The position numbers and the translations under genes are program-made. Positions 1 through 7,614 of a stretch of DNA of 29,331 bases are shown in pieces (within the stretch, counting starts at the first letter, position 1; every line of letters starts with the position of its first letter). Source of the stretch: a virus (lineage: Duplodnaviria > Caudoviricetes); IMG/VR virus record IMGVR_UViG_3300037308_000316, positions 1 through 29,331 of that record; one strand, given 5' to 3'. A model generated the notes under the pieces. It was not told the origin of the DNA and did not search any database. It was given only the letters and a program-made list of their open reading frames with translations.

Positions 1-390
1 ACCAAGTATAACAAAATCGTGTTTCATCATAATGATGACCCTTGGTATACCAATACCGTAGACGATGCGGATTATAACACTCCCAAAGTTCTCGCTTCAT
101 TGTGTGGCGAACAGCGTTGGATTTATCTGCCCGCAGCGGTATCTTCACAGCACGGAGTCTATGTAACTGTATCTAATGCAGCAGAAGGCAAGCGTGTTGT
201 CAAGGTGTTGTCGTCCAAACTTTACCGTGCCATGCTACAAATTTGCAAGTATAGCGGGTGGGGTCTGTTCCGTGTGATCATGATGCTTCCCGCCGTGGAC
301 CGTTCAATCGACTGGACTGACGAAGCCCTCTACAAGCACTTCGGGCTCACGAAGGCTGAGATCGCTTACGTGGAGGCGAACGCCAAGTGA
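1..390 (+). CDS. C-terminal part of a putative Eco57I/TaqI-like adenine DNA methyltransferase (5' truncated by the window edge)
   Basis: Frame 1 is open from base 1 (TKYNKIVFHH...). The end, LPAVDRSIDWTDEALYKHFGLTKAEIAYVE, resembles the typical C-terminus of Eco57I-type MTases. It overlaps the next MTase-like gene by GTGA. Confidence 0.6.
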   Translation, partial: TKYNKIVFHHNDDPWYTNTVDDADYNTPKVLASLCGEQRWIYLPAAVSSQHGVYVTVSNAAEGKRVVKVLSSKLYRAMLQICKYSGWGLFRVIMMLPAVDRSIDWTDEALYKHFGLTKAEIAYVEANAK

Positions 391-773
391 CGATCACACG
401 CACTCAGGAGCGGATTGACAAGACGGGGGAAGTCTTTACCCCCGCTGAACTGGTCAACCAGATGCTCGACCGGCTCCCTGCGGAACTGTGGACGGACCCG
501 ACCAAGACCTTTCTTGACAACTCCTGTGGAGATGGGAACTTCCTGGTCGAGGTCGTCCGACGCAAGATTGCCGCTGGCAGCACCCCGACACAAGCACTTG
601 AAACGACTTACGGGGTCGAACTCATGGCAGACAACGCGACACTCTGCCGCCAGCGGCTTTTGAAAGTGGCCGGAAACACGAAAGCGCACCGTGTTATCGT
701 GGAGCATAACATCGCGTGTGCCGATGCACTCACATTTGATTACTGGGCCCCCACACTTCCGCTTGACGACTAG
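387..773 (+). CDS. Short N6-adenine methyltransferase-like protein (SAM-binding part only)
   Basis: GEVFTP (motif X) and FLDNSCGDGNFL (motif I) are present, plus YGVEL and NIACADAL. There is no NPPY/DPPY motif IV before the stop. GGAGG lies upstream of the GTG start. Confidence 0.75.
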   Translation: MTITRTQERIDKTGEVFTPAELVNQMLDRLPAELWTDPTKTFLDNSCGDGNFLVEVVRRKIAAGSTPTQALETTYGVELMADNATLCRQRLLKVAGNTKAHRVIVEHNIACADALTFDYWAPTLPLDD

Positions 774-791
774 TGGATTCTATGCTACACT
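763..791 (+). promoter_or_regulatory. Sigma70-type promoter with extended -10
   Basis: TTGACG (763-768), 17-nt spacer, TG at 783-784, TACACT (786-791). It lies upstream of ORF 822, which has a GAAAGGA RBS. Confidence 0.65.
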
Positions 792-821
792 ACCTTCATC
801 TTTAACCTTGAAAGGAACATC

Positions 822-1136
822 ATGGCTATGAAACGTGAATACCTCCCTGCTGCGCGGTTCGACAAGACGCGCAAGGGCTATGTGACTGGTGGCCCGAACA
901 CCCGCAACTTTGTCGCCGCGGACCCAGCGGAACTGCTCCGTTTGGCGGAAGCATGTCTCGTCACGGCGCGTCGGCTTGCGGCTGGACAGATCAAGTCCGT
1001 GCGGCTCTACACTCCCGTTTATGAGCGGAAGAGTGGGCCGGCTGCGGGCTATGTGTCGCTGTCCTATGTGCCGACGATGACGCCCGGTGAGAAGCGGCAC
1101 GTGCCGTTCGCACCTGCGAAGACACTTGACATCTAA
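822..1136 (+). CDS. Hypothetical protein (104 aa, basic)
   Basis: ORF with a promoter and GAAAGGA RBS upstream. It fills the gap between the MTase and gp32. No recognisable motif. Confidence 0.65.
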   Translation: MAMKREYLPAARFDKTRKGYVTGGPNTRNFVAADPAELLRLAEACLVTARRLAAGQIKSVRLYTPVYERKSGPAAGYVSLSYVPTMTPGEKRHVPFAPAKTLDI

Positions 1137-1155
1137 AATAACTCTATGCTATACT
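1126..1155 (+). promoter_or_regulatory. Sigma70-type promoter with extended -10, upstream of gp32
   Basis: TTGACA (1126-1131), 18-nt spacer, TG at 1147-1148, TATACT (1150-1155). It shares CTATGCTAYACT with the promoter at 763-791. Confidence 0.75.
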
Positions 1156-1173
1156 TGATCATGCTTGAGTGAG

Positions 1174-1224
1174 GCCGCAATATCACGCGGCAATACTTTC
1201 AATACACTAATACGGAGAATACGA
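1174..1224 (+). promoter_or_regulatory. Putative translational operator of gp32 mRNA (hairpin plus AATAC repeats)
   Basis: GCCGC/GCGGC stem (1174-1191), then AATAC at 1192, 1201, 1209 and 1218 flanking the GGAG RBS. Confidence 0.5.
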
Positions 1225-2187
1225 ATGTCAAGTAACTTTTCCTCACTGCGGTCCGCCCGCAAAACTCTCCTCTCCAAGCTCGCGGAAGAAGTCAAGAAAG
1301 AACAGGCAAAGGGTGGTGGCGTCGATGAGCGTTTCTGGAAGCTCACTGTCGATGCCAAGACCAAGATTGGATACGCGCGTATTCGTTTTCTGCCGGCTCC
1401 GAAGGACGAAGAGATTCCGTGGGCGCGACTGTTCTCACATGGGTTCACTGGCAACAGCGGGTCGTGGTTCATCGAGAACTGCCCGACTACGCTGTCCCGC
1501 AAGTGTCCCGTGTGCGTGGATAACACGAAGCTCTGGAATTCCGGAGTGGAAGCTGACAAGGACGTGGTGCGAAAGCGCAAGCGGAAGCTCCAGTTCATCA
1601 GCAACATTCTGGTGCTGGAAGATTCCTCACATCCAGAAAACAACGGCAAGGTGTTCCTGTTCAAGTATGGAGCGAAGATCCATGCGAAGATCATGGAGTT
1701 GATTGAGCCGGAGTTTCCCGACGCAACGCCCGCCAATCCGTTTGACCTGTGGGAGGGCTGCAATTTCAAGCTCAAGTCCCAGGCGGTTGCGGGATACCAG
1801 AACTACGACAAGTCCTCGTTTGAGGAGCCGTCGGAGTTATTCCCCGGAGACGATGCTAAGAAGGAAGAAATCTGGGCATCGGAAAAGCCTCTGTTGGAGT
1901 TCGTCGCCGAGTCGCAGTTCAAGAACTATGACGAGTTGGCAGACCGGTTCATGAAGTCTATGACTGGTGAGCCGGACGGACCTCGGACCGCGGCGGACGC
2001 GGTCAAGCAATCTCAGCCGACGCTTGAGGATGCTCATGAAGCAGCCGCCGAGGTGGAGAAGAAGGAGCGAAAGCTCCCTCCACGGGCAGCAAAGACGCCG
2101 GCGAGGCCGAAGGTGGAAACGCCTCCGGCAGACGATGACGACGACAGCGACATCAAGGCGTTCTTCGAAAAGATGGGTGACGACTAG
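1225..2187 (+). CDS. gp32: T4-like single-stranded DNA-binding protein
   Basis: DERFWK, GYARIRFLPAP, HGF...WFIENCPTTLSRKCPVC zinc site, GKVFLFKYGAKI, NPFDLWEGCNFKLK, YQNYDKSSF, and an acidic tail (DDDDDSDIKAFFEKM). The start is placed at ATG 1225 after GGAG rather than at 1165. Confidence 0.95.
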   Translation: MSSNFSSLRSARKTLLSKLAEEVKKEQAKGGGVDERFWKLTVDAKTKIGYARIRFLPAPKDEEIPWARLFSHGFTGNSGSWFIENCPTTLSRKCPVCVDNTKLWNSGVEADKDVVRKRKRKLQFISNILVLEDSSHPENNGKVFLFKYGAKIHAKIMELIEPEFPDATPANPFDLWEGCNFKLKSQAVAGYQNYDKSSFEEPSELFPGDDAKKEEIWASEKPLLEFVAESQFKNYDELADRFMKSMTGEPDGPRTAADAVKQSQPTLEDAHEAAAEVEKKERKLPPRAAKTPARPKVETPPADDDDDSDIKAFFEKMGDD

Positions 2188-2208
2188 AACGCTGTAGGAC
2201 GGGTTAGG

Positions 2209-2243
2209 ACGGGGCTGGGTCTGTAATGGACTCAGCCCCGTTT
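2209..2243. terminator. Probable bidirectional intrinsic terminator
   Basis: Long GC-rich inverted repeat ACGGGGCTGGGTC...GACTCAGCCCCGT followed by TT(GT). It lies between the convergent gp32 and 801-aa genes. Confidence 0.75.
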
Positions 2244-2279
2244 GTGCTTCTAGGACCTCACCAGCGTCAAGCCAGACGC

Positions 2280-4685
2280 TTATGCGATAGCGTTAATGCC
2301 CTGCACCGCCCGGAGAGAATCGTTGTCGTTCTTTGGACGGATTGCCGGTGGGATGACGGTCGGTTGTGCCGCTGCCGGTGTGTTGTAGACGTTCGTAATG
2401 ACGGGAGCGTTGACACTGCCGCTTGACCCCGCACCTGCTCTTGCCGCGGCAGTCGCAGCGACGACAGGTGATGCCGCTCTCGTGCCTGTGGGTACGGATG
2501 CTTGAGCCGCAACCATGCTCGCTGTAGATGCCAGTCCGGCTGAAGCAACGACAGGAGTCTTCGCTCGTGCTGTCAGGGGCCCTCCAGCGAATTGGTTGTA
2601 TTCACCAAGCCGCCGAGCTACCAATCCCTCGTCTCGCACACCTTTAACTGTTGCAGTGCGCGTGAAGTCGTTCGGAGTCAGTGCTTCTCCCCGTGCGAGT
2701 TTCTTCGCCGCACGTCGGGCAGTCGCGGGAGAATTGTAGGCGGTAGACACTAGCGCGTCAAACTGTTCCTGAGAAACGGCTGTGGACCCGAGTGCGTTCC
2801 GGACAACGGGTTCATATTCCGTCTTGACTTGCTTCCGGAACTCCGTAACAGCTTCTTCAGGAGAGAGCTTCATACCCTCCCGCACAGGCGCGCCGTTGAT
2901 GCGTGTGGTGCCGTAACCAATCGTCCAGACACCTGCACTGTCCTTATAGGCAACCGCGTTTCCTTGCTTATCCTTCGGAATCCCTTCCCGTTGCTTGAGC
3001 AAGCGAAACCCTTCTTCAGACATCGCCATTTGTCCCGTTGATGTTGGAGGTGCTTTCTGGACCTTGGACGCTTTCTTTGCGGGTGTTGTGGGAGCAACAC
3101 GAGCCGCTGGTGCAGGTGTCGGAGGTGTCGGAGGTGTCGGAGGTGTCGGAGGTGTTGGAGGTGGCGGTGGGAGCGTGGGAGCAACACGAGCCGCTGGTGC
3201 AGGTGTCGGAGGTGTCGGAGGGAGCGTGGGAGCAAGTGTCGGACCTTCGGGAATCGGAAGAGGCTTGGACTCCAATGGTATGGATGTTGGGGACGCAAGT
3301 TCTCGGGCTGCATCCGTTGCGGGGTCGAGGACAATCATTTCCCCGGAATCAATCTTCTGTTGACGCTCTGCCTTAGCAGTTGCGCCCTGTTCTGCCTTTG
3401 CTTTTCGTTCTTCTGCTTCCTTGATGTAGTTCCGGTCCTTATGGATGTTCGCGAGACGTTCCGTTTCCTTTTCCTGTTTGGTGGCCTCTCCGAACCCACC
3501 CATTCCTGTTTTCTTTCCGAACCATTCCGCGACTTTCTGGACGTAGTTGGACGCACCCGTCCACTTGTCGATCATCTTCCCGATTTCCCACCCCGCGAAC
3601 GCGGCACCGACGACGAGCGATCCCTTACCCAGCAATTTGAGTGCGGGTTTGAGTGTTTTGAGCGTTTTGGTGAGACCACTTGAACCGCTGAACATCTCGG
3701 TGAGTCCACCAAACGTATTCTTTACCGCGTCGAACTTGTTCTTCAGCCCCGTCTTTTTGGCCACTTTTTCAATAAGAGATGCTTTCATCTCTGTCTTTTT
3801 CTCAGCACTTTCTGCTGACCGTTCTTTCTTCTCTGTCTTTTTCTCAGCACTTTCTGCTGACCGTTCACTAGCCTGTTCTGTTTGCTTCGCTTTGTCCGCG
3901 GCATCCTCTTGTGCCTGGGCGAGCTTGGTGACTTCCTTGAGAATACCCTTATCTGTCGTGAGAATCTGGGCGAGCGTTCGATGCACATGTGACGCGCCTG
4001 CGGCCGAATGCCCCGCGCCCCCGAGTTCTCCGACGCTCCCCCGGCTCCCGAGTCCACCGAGGAGGTTCGCTCCACGACTGCGGCTGCGACCAGTACCTGG
4101 TTCACCAGCATCCGGGCTGTCTTCAGGCTGGAGTGCTTCGGCAGTGTCTGCTCGCGCTTCTAGAAGCTGTTTCTTGCGGGCGGCGGCAATTTCACCAAAT
4201 CGCTGGTTAAGTTGTTGTCCGATGATCCGCTTGATCATACTCGGACTGTTCCGGAAATCGTCAATGATGCCCTGCTTGATGCTCTCGACCTTTTGCCGAG
4301 CGACGTTCTTCAGGACTTGCTTGATACGTGTCTGGAAATTCGTCTGTTTTTCTACGAACGACTGGAGAAGGGTGAGGGCCCGCTTTGCCTTGCGCTTGTC
4401 GGCGTTGGTGAGTGTCTTGACCTCGTCAACATTGGCGAGCGTTTCCTTGATGAGTGGGAGTGTTGAGCGGAGTCCAACGAGGCTATCAATGTTACTCTCC
4501 AACACACCCATGATGGGTGAGAGAAACGCACCAACACGTCTCCCGAATCGTCCAGTGACGACCTGGAGTTCCGCAAACTCCCGCCCCGTTTCGTCTTTAC
4601 CAAAGCCCTCGGCTTCCGCGCGGGCGCGCATTGCGTCCCGTTTTGCGTCACCTGTCTTAGGATTGATGAGGTCGTCAATTGCCAT
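2280..4685 (-). CDS. Tape-measure/tail-length-regulator-like protein with a C-terminal GH24 lysozyme domain
   Basis: Long helical Ala/Lys/Glu-rich N-terminal region, a hydrophobic segment (SLVVGAAFAGWEIG) and a Pro/Thr linker. Then MSEEGFRLLKQREG...AYKDSAGVWTIGYGTT...SQEQFDALVSTAYN...GLVARRLGE, the GH24 phage lysozyme pattern. It lies downstream of gp26/gp51. Confidence 0.75.
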   Translation of the reverse strand: MAIDDLINPKTGDAKRDAMRARAEAEGFGKDETGREFAELQVVTGRFGRRVGAFLSPIMGVLESNIDSLVGLRSTLPLIKETLANVDEVKTLTNADKRKAKRALTLLQSFVEKQTNFQTRIKQVLKNVARQKVESIKQGIIDDFRNSPSMIKRIIGQQLNQRFGEIAAARKKQLLEARADTAEALQPEDSPDAGEPGTGRSRSRGANLLGGLGSRGSVGELGGAGHSAAGASHVHRTLAQILTTDKGILKEVTKLAQAQEDAADKAKQTEQASERSAESAEKKTEKKERSAESAEKKTEMKASLIEKVAKKTGLKNKFDAVKNTFGGLTEMFSGSSGLTKTLKTLKPALKLLGKGSLVVGAAFAGWEIGKMIDKWTGASNYVQKVAEWFGKKTGMGGFGEATKQEKETERLANIHKDRNYIKEAEERKAKAEQGATAKAERQQKIDSGEMIVLDPATDAARELASPTSIPLESKPLPIPEGPTLAPTLPPTPPTPAPAARVAPTLPPPPPTPPTPPTPPTPPTPAPAARVAPTTPAKKASKVQKAPPTSTGQMAMSEEGFRLLKQREGIPKDKQGNAVAYKDSAGVWTIGYGTTRINGAPVREGMKLSPEEAVTEFRKQVKTEYEPVVRNALGSTAVSQEQFDALVSTAYNSPATARRAAKKLARGEALTPNDFTRTATVKGVRDEGLVARRLGEYNQFAGGPLTARAKTPVVASAGLASTASMVAAQASVPTGTRAASPVVAATAAARAGAGSSGSVNAPVITNVYNTPAAAQPTVIPPAIRPKNDNDSLRAVQGINAIA
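3088..3221. repeat. 47-nt direct repeat with an internal 9-nt tandem repeat (Pro/Thr linker)
   Basis: 3088-3134 equals 3175-3221. GGTGTCGGA occurs four times exactly at 3115-3150, plus one imperfect copy. It encodes (PPT)n and PAPAARVAPT x2. Confidence 0.9.
3788..3866. repeat. Tandem duplication, 42-nt period (37 nt exact)
   Basis: TCTCTGTCTTTTTCTCAGCACTTTCTGCTGACCGTTC at 3788-3824 and 3830-3866. It encodes ERSAESAEKKTE x2. Confidence 0.9.
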
Positions 4686-4839
4686 ATGGCGCTCTCTTTA
4701 GCTCGTTCTCTCGTTGTTTCCGTTGCTCTTCCTCTAGCCACTGTCGGAGCAACATGATGTAGATGTCTCGTTCAAACGGCATCATGTTCTCCATCTCGGT
4801 GATGCTCCACCCATGATGCTTCATCAGCACAAAATTCAT
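4675..4839 (-). CDS. gp51: gp51-like baseplate hub assembly protein (probably also or mainly a frameshift extension of gp26)
   Basis: NFVLMKHHGWSITEMENMMPFERDIYIMLLRQWLEEE matches the short gp51 of T4-like cyanophages. The first ATG is at 4839, but the frame is open upstream through the slippery site at 4881-4887. Confidence 0.8.
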   Translation of the reverse strand: MNFVLMKHHGWSITEMENMMPFERDIYIMLLRQWLEEEQRKQRENELKRAPYGN

Positions 4840-4874
4840 TCTGTAGAAGTTCGATAACGTGTCGTGACGACACG

Positions 4875-5618
4875 CTAGTCGAAAAAATCCAGTAGTTCTG
4901 ATAGCACGATGTCCTCGGTGTATCCGCATTTGGAGCACTTGAAATGGATCGTGTGTGACAGATGCGGTAGTGTATCAAAGAATGCTCGGAACCTGCTCAC
5001 CTGACCAAGGGATAGTGATTCAACGAATGCTACCACTTCTTCTGGCTTGGCGTCCTTGGTCTCATGCACATTTCCGTCAGTGTCGTAGATGCTCTCGATG
5101 CAGTCCGCGATCATCGTGACCGCGTCCGTTTCTCCGGACTCTTTGAACACCTGGATGTGCTTGTTGGTCGGATAGCGCATGACGCATCCGATCTTGTCTG
5201 TGACCATCACCTTGCGTGTGTGACCCTCGGGAACGACGACCTTGATTGTGTCGAGGTCGACTTTGATGTTCTCCATGTTGTGGCAGACCTTGTCGTCACC
5301 CTCAAGCGGAAGCTGTCCCGGCGGGACATTCTTACACTCATAACGGAGTTCCACGATGTTGTTCACGGACTTCGCACGAAGGTTCAGGAACAGAAGTTCC
5401 AGGTCAAACGACGGAAGTGTGTCCGGGTCAATCGCACCAAACGTGCAGACGCGGACGATCTCTTTCATAGCAGCCTCAACCTCCGCCTCGTCTCCACCCT
5501 CTTGTGCCATGAGGAGGAGCTTTTCTTCCTTGACGAGATATGGACGATACTTGACGGGATGCTTGATGCTCTGAAGCTTCAACTCATACGTCGGGGTAAC
5601 CACTGTTGGAATGCTCAT
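4875..5618 (-). CDS. gp26: Baseplate hub subunit/assembly protein
   Basis: PTYELKL...VKYRPYLVKEEKLLLMA, FDLELLFLNLRAKSV, MRYP, FFDTLPHL, CSKCG, terminal LLDFF. AAGGTG RBS. Confidence 0.9.
   Translation of the reverse strand: MSIPTVVTPTYELKLQSIKHPVKYRPYLVKEEKLLLMAQEGGDEAEVEAAMKEIVRVCTFGAIDPDTLPSFDLELLFLNLRAKSVNNIVELRYECKNVPPGQLPLEGDDKVCHNMENIKVDLDTIKVVVPEGHTRKVMVTDKIGCVMRYPTNKHIQVFKESGETDAVTMIADCIESIYDTDGNVHETKDAKPEEVVAFVESLSLGQVSRFRAFFDTLPHLSHTIHFKCSKCGYTEDIVLSELLDFFD
4881..4887 (-). other. Putative -1 programmed ribosomal frameshift site (U UUU UUC)
   Basis: The minus strand reads CTG GAT TTT TTC GAC TAG. The -1 frame reads GGA TTT TTT CGA CTA GCG and continues into the gp51-like ORF. Confidence 0.6.
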
Positions 5619-5626
5619 TGTTCACC

Positions 5627-6481
5627 TTATCCTATTCTGACTCTGCCTTTCGTGACATCGTAAATGATATCCGATGCCATTCCCGTAAGAATGCCGCCAA
5701 TCATGCTGCGGGATGGACGGAACATCGGGTTCTGGAATTCACCCGGGTGTCCATAAGAACCCGGGTAGCTCATCTGATTGTTCTGGAACGGACCACTACC
5801 GAATCCTCTTCCTTGAAGCACCTCTTCGTCCATGAACCAAGCCGCTCGCGTCTTTGTGTCCGAGAGGGGCACAACGCGCCACACACTGAACGTGAATCCG
5901 ACGGTCAGCCGTGCGAGTTCGTTCTCTTCGCGCCAGGTGACAGGAGTGGATTGGATGACGCGGGGATAAGCACGCTCGAATGAATAGAGGAGTGTCGGTG
6001 TGTTGAGACGGTCAAACACCGCGATTTCGATTTCTCCGTAGTATCCATTGTCGGAACTGGTACCAGAGAACGTGAAGTCTCGCGACGAGTCGTACCCTGT
6101 GCTCATGTCCTGAATGAGGTTCTGCCACGCATGAAAGACGCGGGGAACCGGGTTGTCCATTTGTCCAGCCGAACGACCATCGCTCGATTGGACGACGATG
6201 AGCGGAGTATTGAACGTGCAATCGAGTGTCGTGAACTCGGAGTGAATCGGGAACTGTTCGGTCAGTCCATACTGCGTCATCTGCGTTTCTGCAAACGCTC
6301 GGTCAGGAAGGTTCGTGGACTCGCAGAGGATGCCCCGATTCAACCACTCAACCGCTTTCTTGTCGGAGAGCGTGAACCCGGATTCTAATAGTTCCCTAGG
6401 GAGTTGAATCCGACACGCGAAACGGTTGTTGAATTGGAATCCCGCTTCGAATTCGTTAATGAACTTGTTGAGGCTCTTCAT
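5627..6481 (-). CDS. Tail tube-like baseplate protein (gp54/gp19 family)
   Basis: NRFACRI, LCESTNLP, FHAWQNLI, YYGEIEI, FERAYP, LTVGFTFSVW give the tube-fold pattern. The start ATG at 6481 overlaps the gp2 stop (TAATG); the longer ORF-track start overlaps gp2. Confidence 0.75.
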   Translation of the reverse strand: MKSLNKFINEFEAGFQFNNRFACRIQLPRELLESGFTLSDKKAVEWLNRGILCESTNLPDRAFAETQMTQYGLTEQFPIHSEFTTLDCTFNTPLIVVQSSDGRSAGQMDNPVPRVFHAWQNLIQDMSTGYDSSRDFTFSGTSSDNGYYGEIEIAVFDRLNTPTLLYSFERAYPRVIQSTPVTWREENELARLTVGFTFSVWRVVPLSDTKTRAAWFMDEEVLQGRGFGSGPFQNNQMSYPGSYGHPGEFQNPMFRPSRSMIGGILTGMASDIIYDVTKGRVRIG

Positions 6482-7104
6482 TAGAACTTCCGTTTTGACT
6501 CTGCCCAGACATCCGTAACTGGCGCTTTCCTGTAAAGCTCCACGGGGAGCCATAACGCCACGTCCCATTCCGTCTCTCCTACCTGGAGCAACGGCGACCG
6601 CAACTGCTTGAAGAGGTACCGCTTGTAACACGGACGGAACTGCTTATACTTAGTCGTCTGAGAAAGGATTCGGTAGGAGAATGGCAACTGGACTCGCAGG
6701 GGGTCTGGGTCCCGCCGACGGGACTCGTAGAGGTTGTCGAACAGCCAAGCCCGCCAATAGTAGTCCAGATAATGAAAGTTCAATCCCGTGAACGAATCCC
6801 CCCGTTTGTCCGTGACGAGCACAAAGGGAAATCGGTCGTAGTAAGGGAGGGTCTTGACGTTCTCGGGCTCATACAGGAAGAAATAAAGATGCCCCGGAAT
6901 GATATGCGACGGGGAGACGTATCGCTTGGCGATGGGTTCCCGCTGGAGTTCCGCAAACGTGATAGTGCCTAGAGAACGTTGCCAACGCATCAAATCTGTC
7001 TGGAATGTCTTGAACCAGAAGAGAGCCCGCTTCTCCATTGGTTTGAATGCCGGACTCCCCATGATGCGGGCCCGAATGGACTCAAACATGTTCTGTGCTG
7101 GCAT
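6481..7104 (-). CDS. gp2: DNA end protector protein
   Basis: PGHLYFFLYEP...TLPYYDRFPFVL, FTGLNFHYL, PCYKRYL, EWDVALWLPVE. Adjacent to gp4. Confidence 0.9.
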   Translation of the reverse strand: MPAQNMFESIRARIMGSPAFKPMEKRALFWFKTFQTDLMRWQRSLGTITFAELQREPIAKRYVSPSHIIPGHLYFFLYEPENVKTLPYYDRFPFVLVTDKRGDSFTGLNFHYLDYYWRAWLFDNLYESRRRDPDPLRVQLPFSYRILSQTTKYKQFRPCYKRYLFKQLRSPLLQVGETEWDVALWLPVELYRKAPVTDVWAESKRKF

Positions 7105-7556
7105 TACTTGAAGGTCCCCTCTATCTCTTGCTCCGTGAGGATGAGGAACGTCACACCTTTACTCCGGCACCACTTTTCGGCAGCGTCCCATTTCGCTCGG
7201 TTGACGGCAAAGTTCGTTGCTTCCTTGAGGAACCGTTTCTCTTGCGCTCGCGTCTTCGGCTGTGCTGGTGGCCGTGTGTGCTTCATGGGCTTGACTTCTA
7301 TCAGGAACGTGCGCGTTCCCCCGTCCGATGAGCGTACCTTGATGAGGAAGTCCGGGTAGTAGAGATGATAATTTCCGTCGTCCGGACGCACATAGGGAAT
7401 CTTGATTTCCTCGCTTGACCACGAAAGCACACCGCTGTTCTGGTCAAAGTAGCGCATGAGCCTCCACTCCAGTCCAGACCGGTAGATGATGTTGCCCGCG
7501 TCCCCTACATACTTTTGAGGGTTTTGCGGGTGAAAGAATCCCTGGTTATACTTCAT
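7104..7556 (-). CDS. gp4: Head completion nuclease (TnsA-like PD-(D/E)xK fold)
   Basis: QGFFHPQNPQKYVGD, IIYRSGLE, WSSEEIKIPY, YYPDF, IEVKP, VNRAKWDAA, FLILTE. Confidence 0.93.
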   Translation of the reverse strand: MKYNQGFFHPQNPQKYVGDAGNIIYRSGLEWRLMRYFDQNSGVLSWSSEEIKIPYVRPDDGNYHLYYPDFLIKVRSSDGGTRTFLIEVKPMKHTRPPAQPKTRAQEKRFLKEATNFAVNRAKWDAAEKWCRSKGVTFLILTEQEIEGTFK

Positions 7557-7561
7557 CGAGA

Positions 7562-7568
7562 TATTTAG
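7562..7568 (-). promoter_or_regulatory. T4-like late promoter (CTAAATA) for the gp4 operon
   Basis: CTAAATA on the minus strand, 5 nt upstream of the gp4 ATG. It is a variant of the T4 TATAAATA late promoter. Confidence 0.75.
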
Positions 7569-7587
7569 GCGGCTCCGGAGAACCCTG

Positions 7588-7594
7588 CTAAATA
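7588..7594 (+). promoter_or_regulatory. T4-like late promoter (CTAAATA) for the gp48 operon
   Basis: CTAAATA 20 nt upstream of the gp48 ATG with an intervening GAGG RBS. It is divergent from the gp4 promoter. Confidence 0.75.
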
Positions 7595-7614
7595 CTTACC
7601 GAGGTTACACCTAC

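Noticed and set aside
1169-1191. Classical H-type pseudoknot like that of T4 gene 32
   Set aside because: GTGA/TCAC and GCCGC/GCGGC pairings would leave zero nucleotides in loop 3, which is sterically implausible. It is kept only as a hairpin or alternative pairing.
1165-1224. ORF-track upstream start for gp32
   Set aside because: It falls in the mRNA leader just after the promoter. The GGAG RBS supports ATG 1225.
2870-3376. Alternate-frame ORFs with LRHLRH, GVGGVG and VSEVSE repeats
   Set aside because: These are other-frame readings of the 9-nt GGTGTCGGA tandem repeat in the Pro/Thr linker.
3088-3866. Direct repeats considered as a CRISPR array or DGR template/variable repeat pair
   Set aside because: There are only two copies each. 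They are in frame inside a CDS, with no unique spacers or adenine-specific mismatches, and no cas or reverse transcriptase gene is in the window.
3547-4701. 384-aa plus-strand ORF
   Set aside because: It is antisense to the 801-aa gene, Ser/Arg/Phe-rich with no motif, and is best explained as a codon-bias shadow.
6482-6631. N-terminal 50-aa extension of the tube-like gene
   Set aside because: It overlaps the conserved gp2 C-terminus. The TAATG stop/start overlap at 6481 is the more plausible start.
7104-7556. TnsA-like nuclease as a transposon or homing endonuclease
   Set aside because: Sequence motifs and position next to gp2 identify it as the core T4-like gp4. There are no terminal repeats or other transposition genes.
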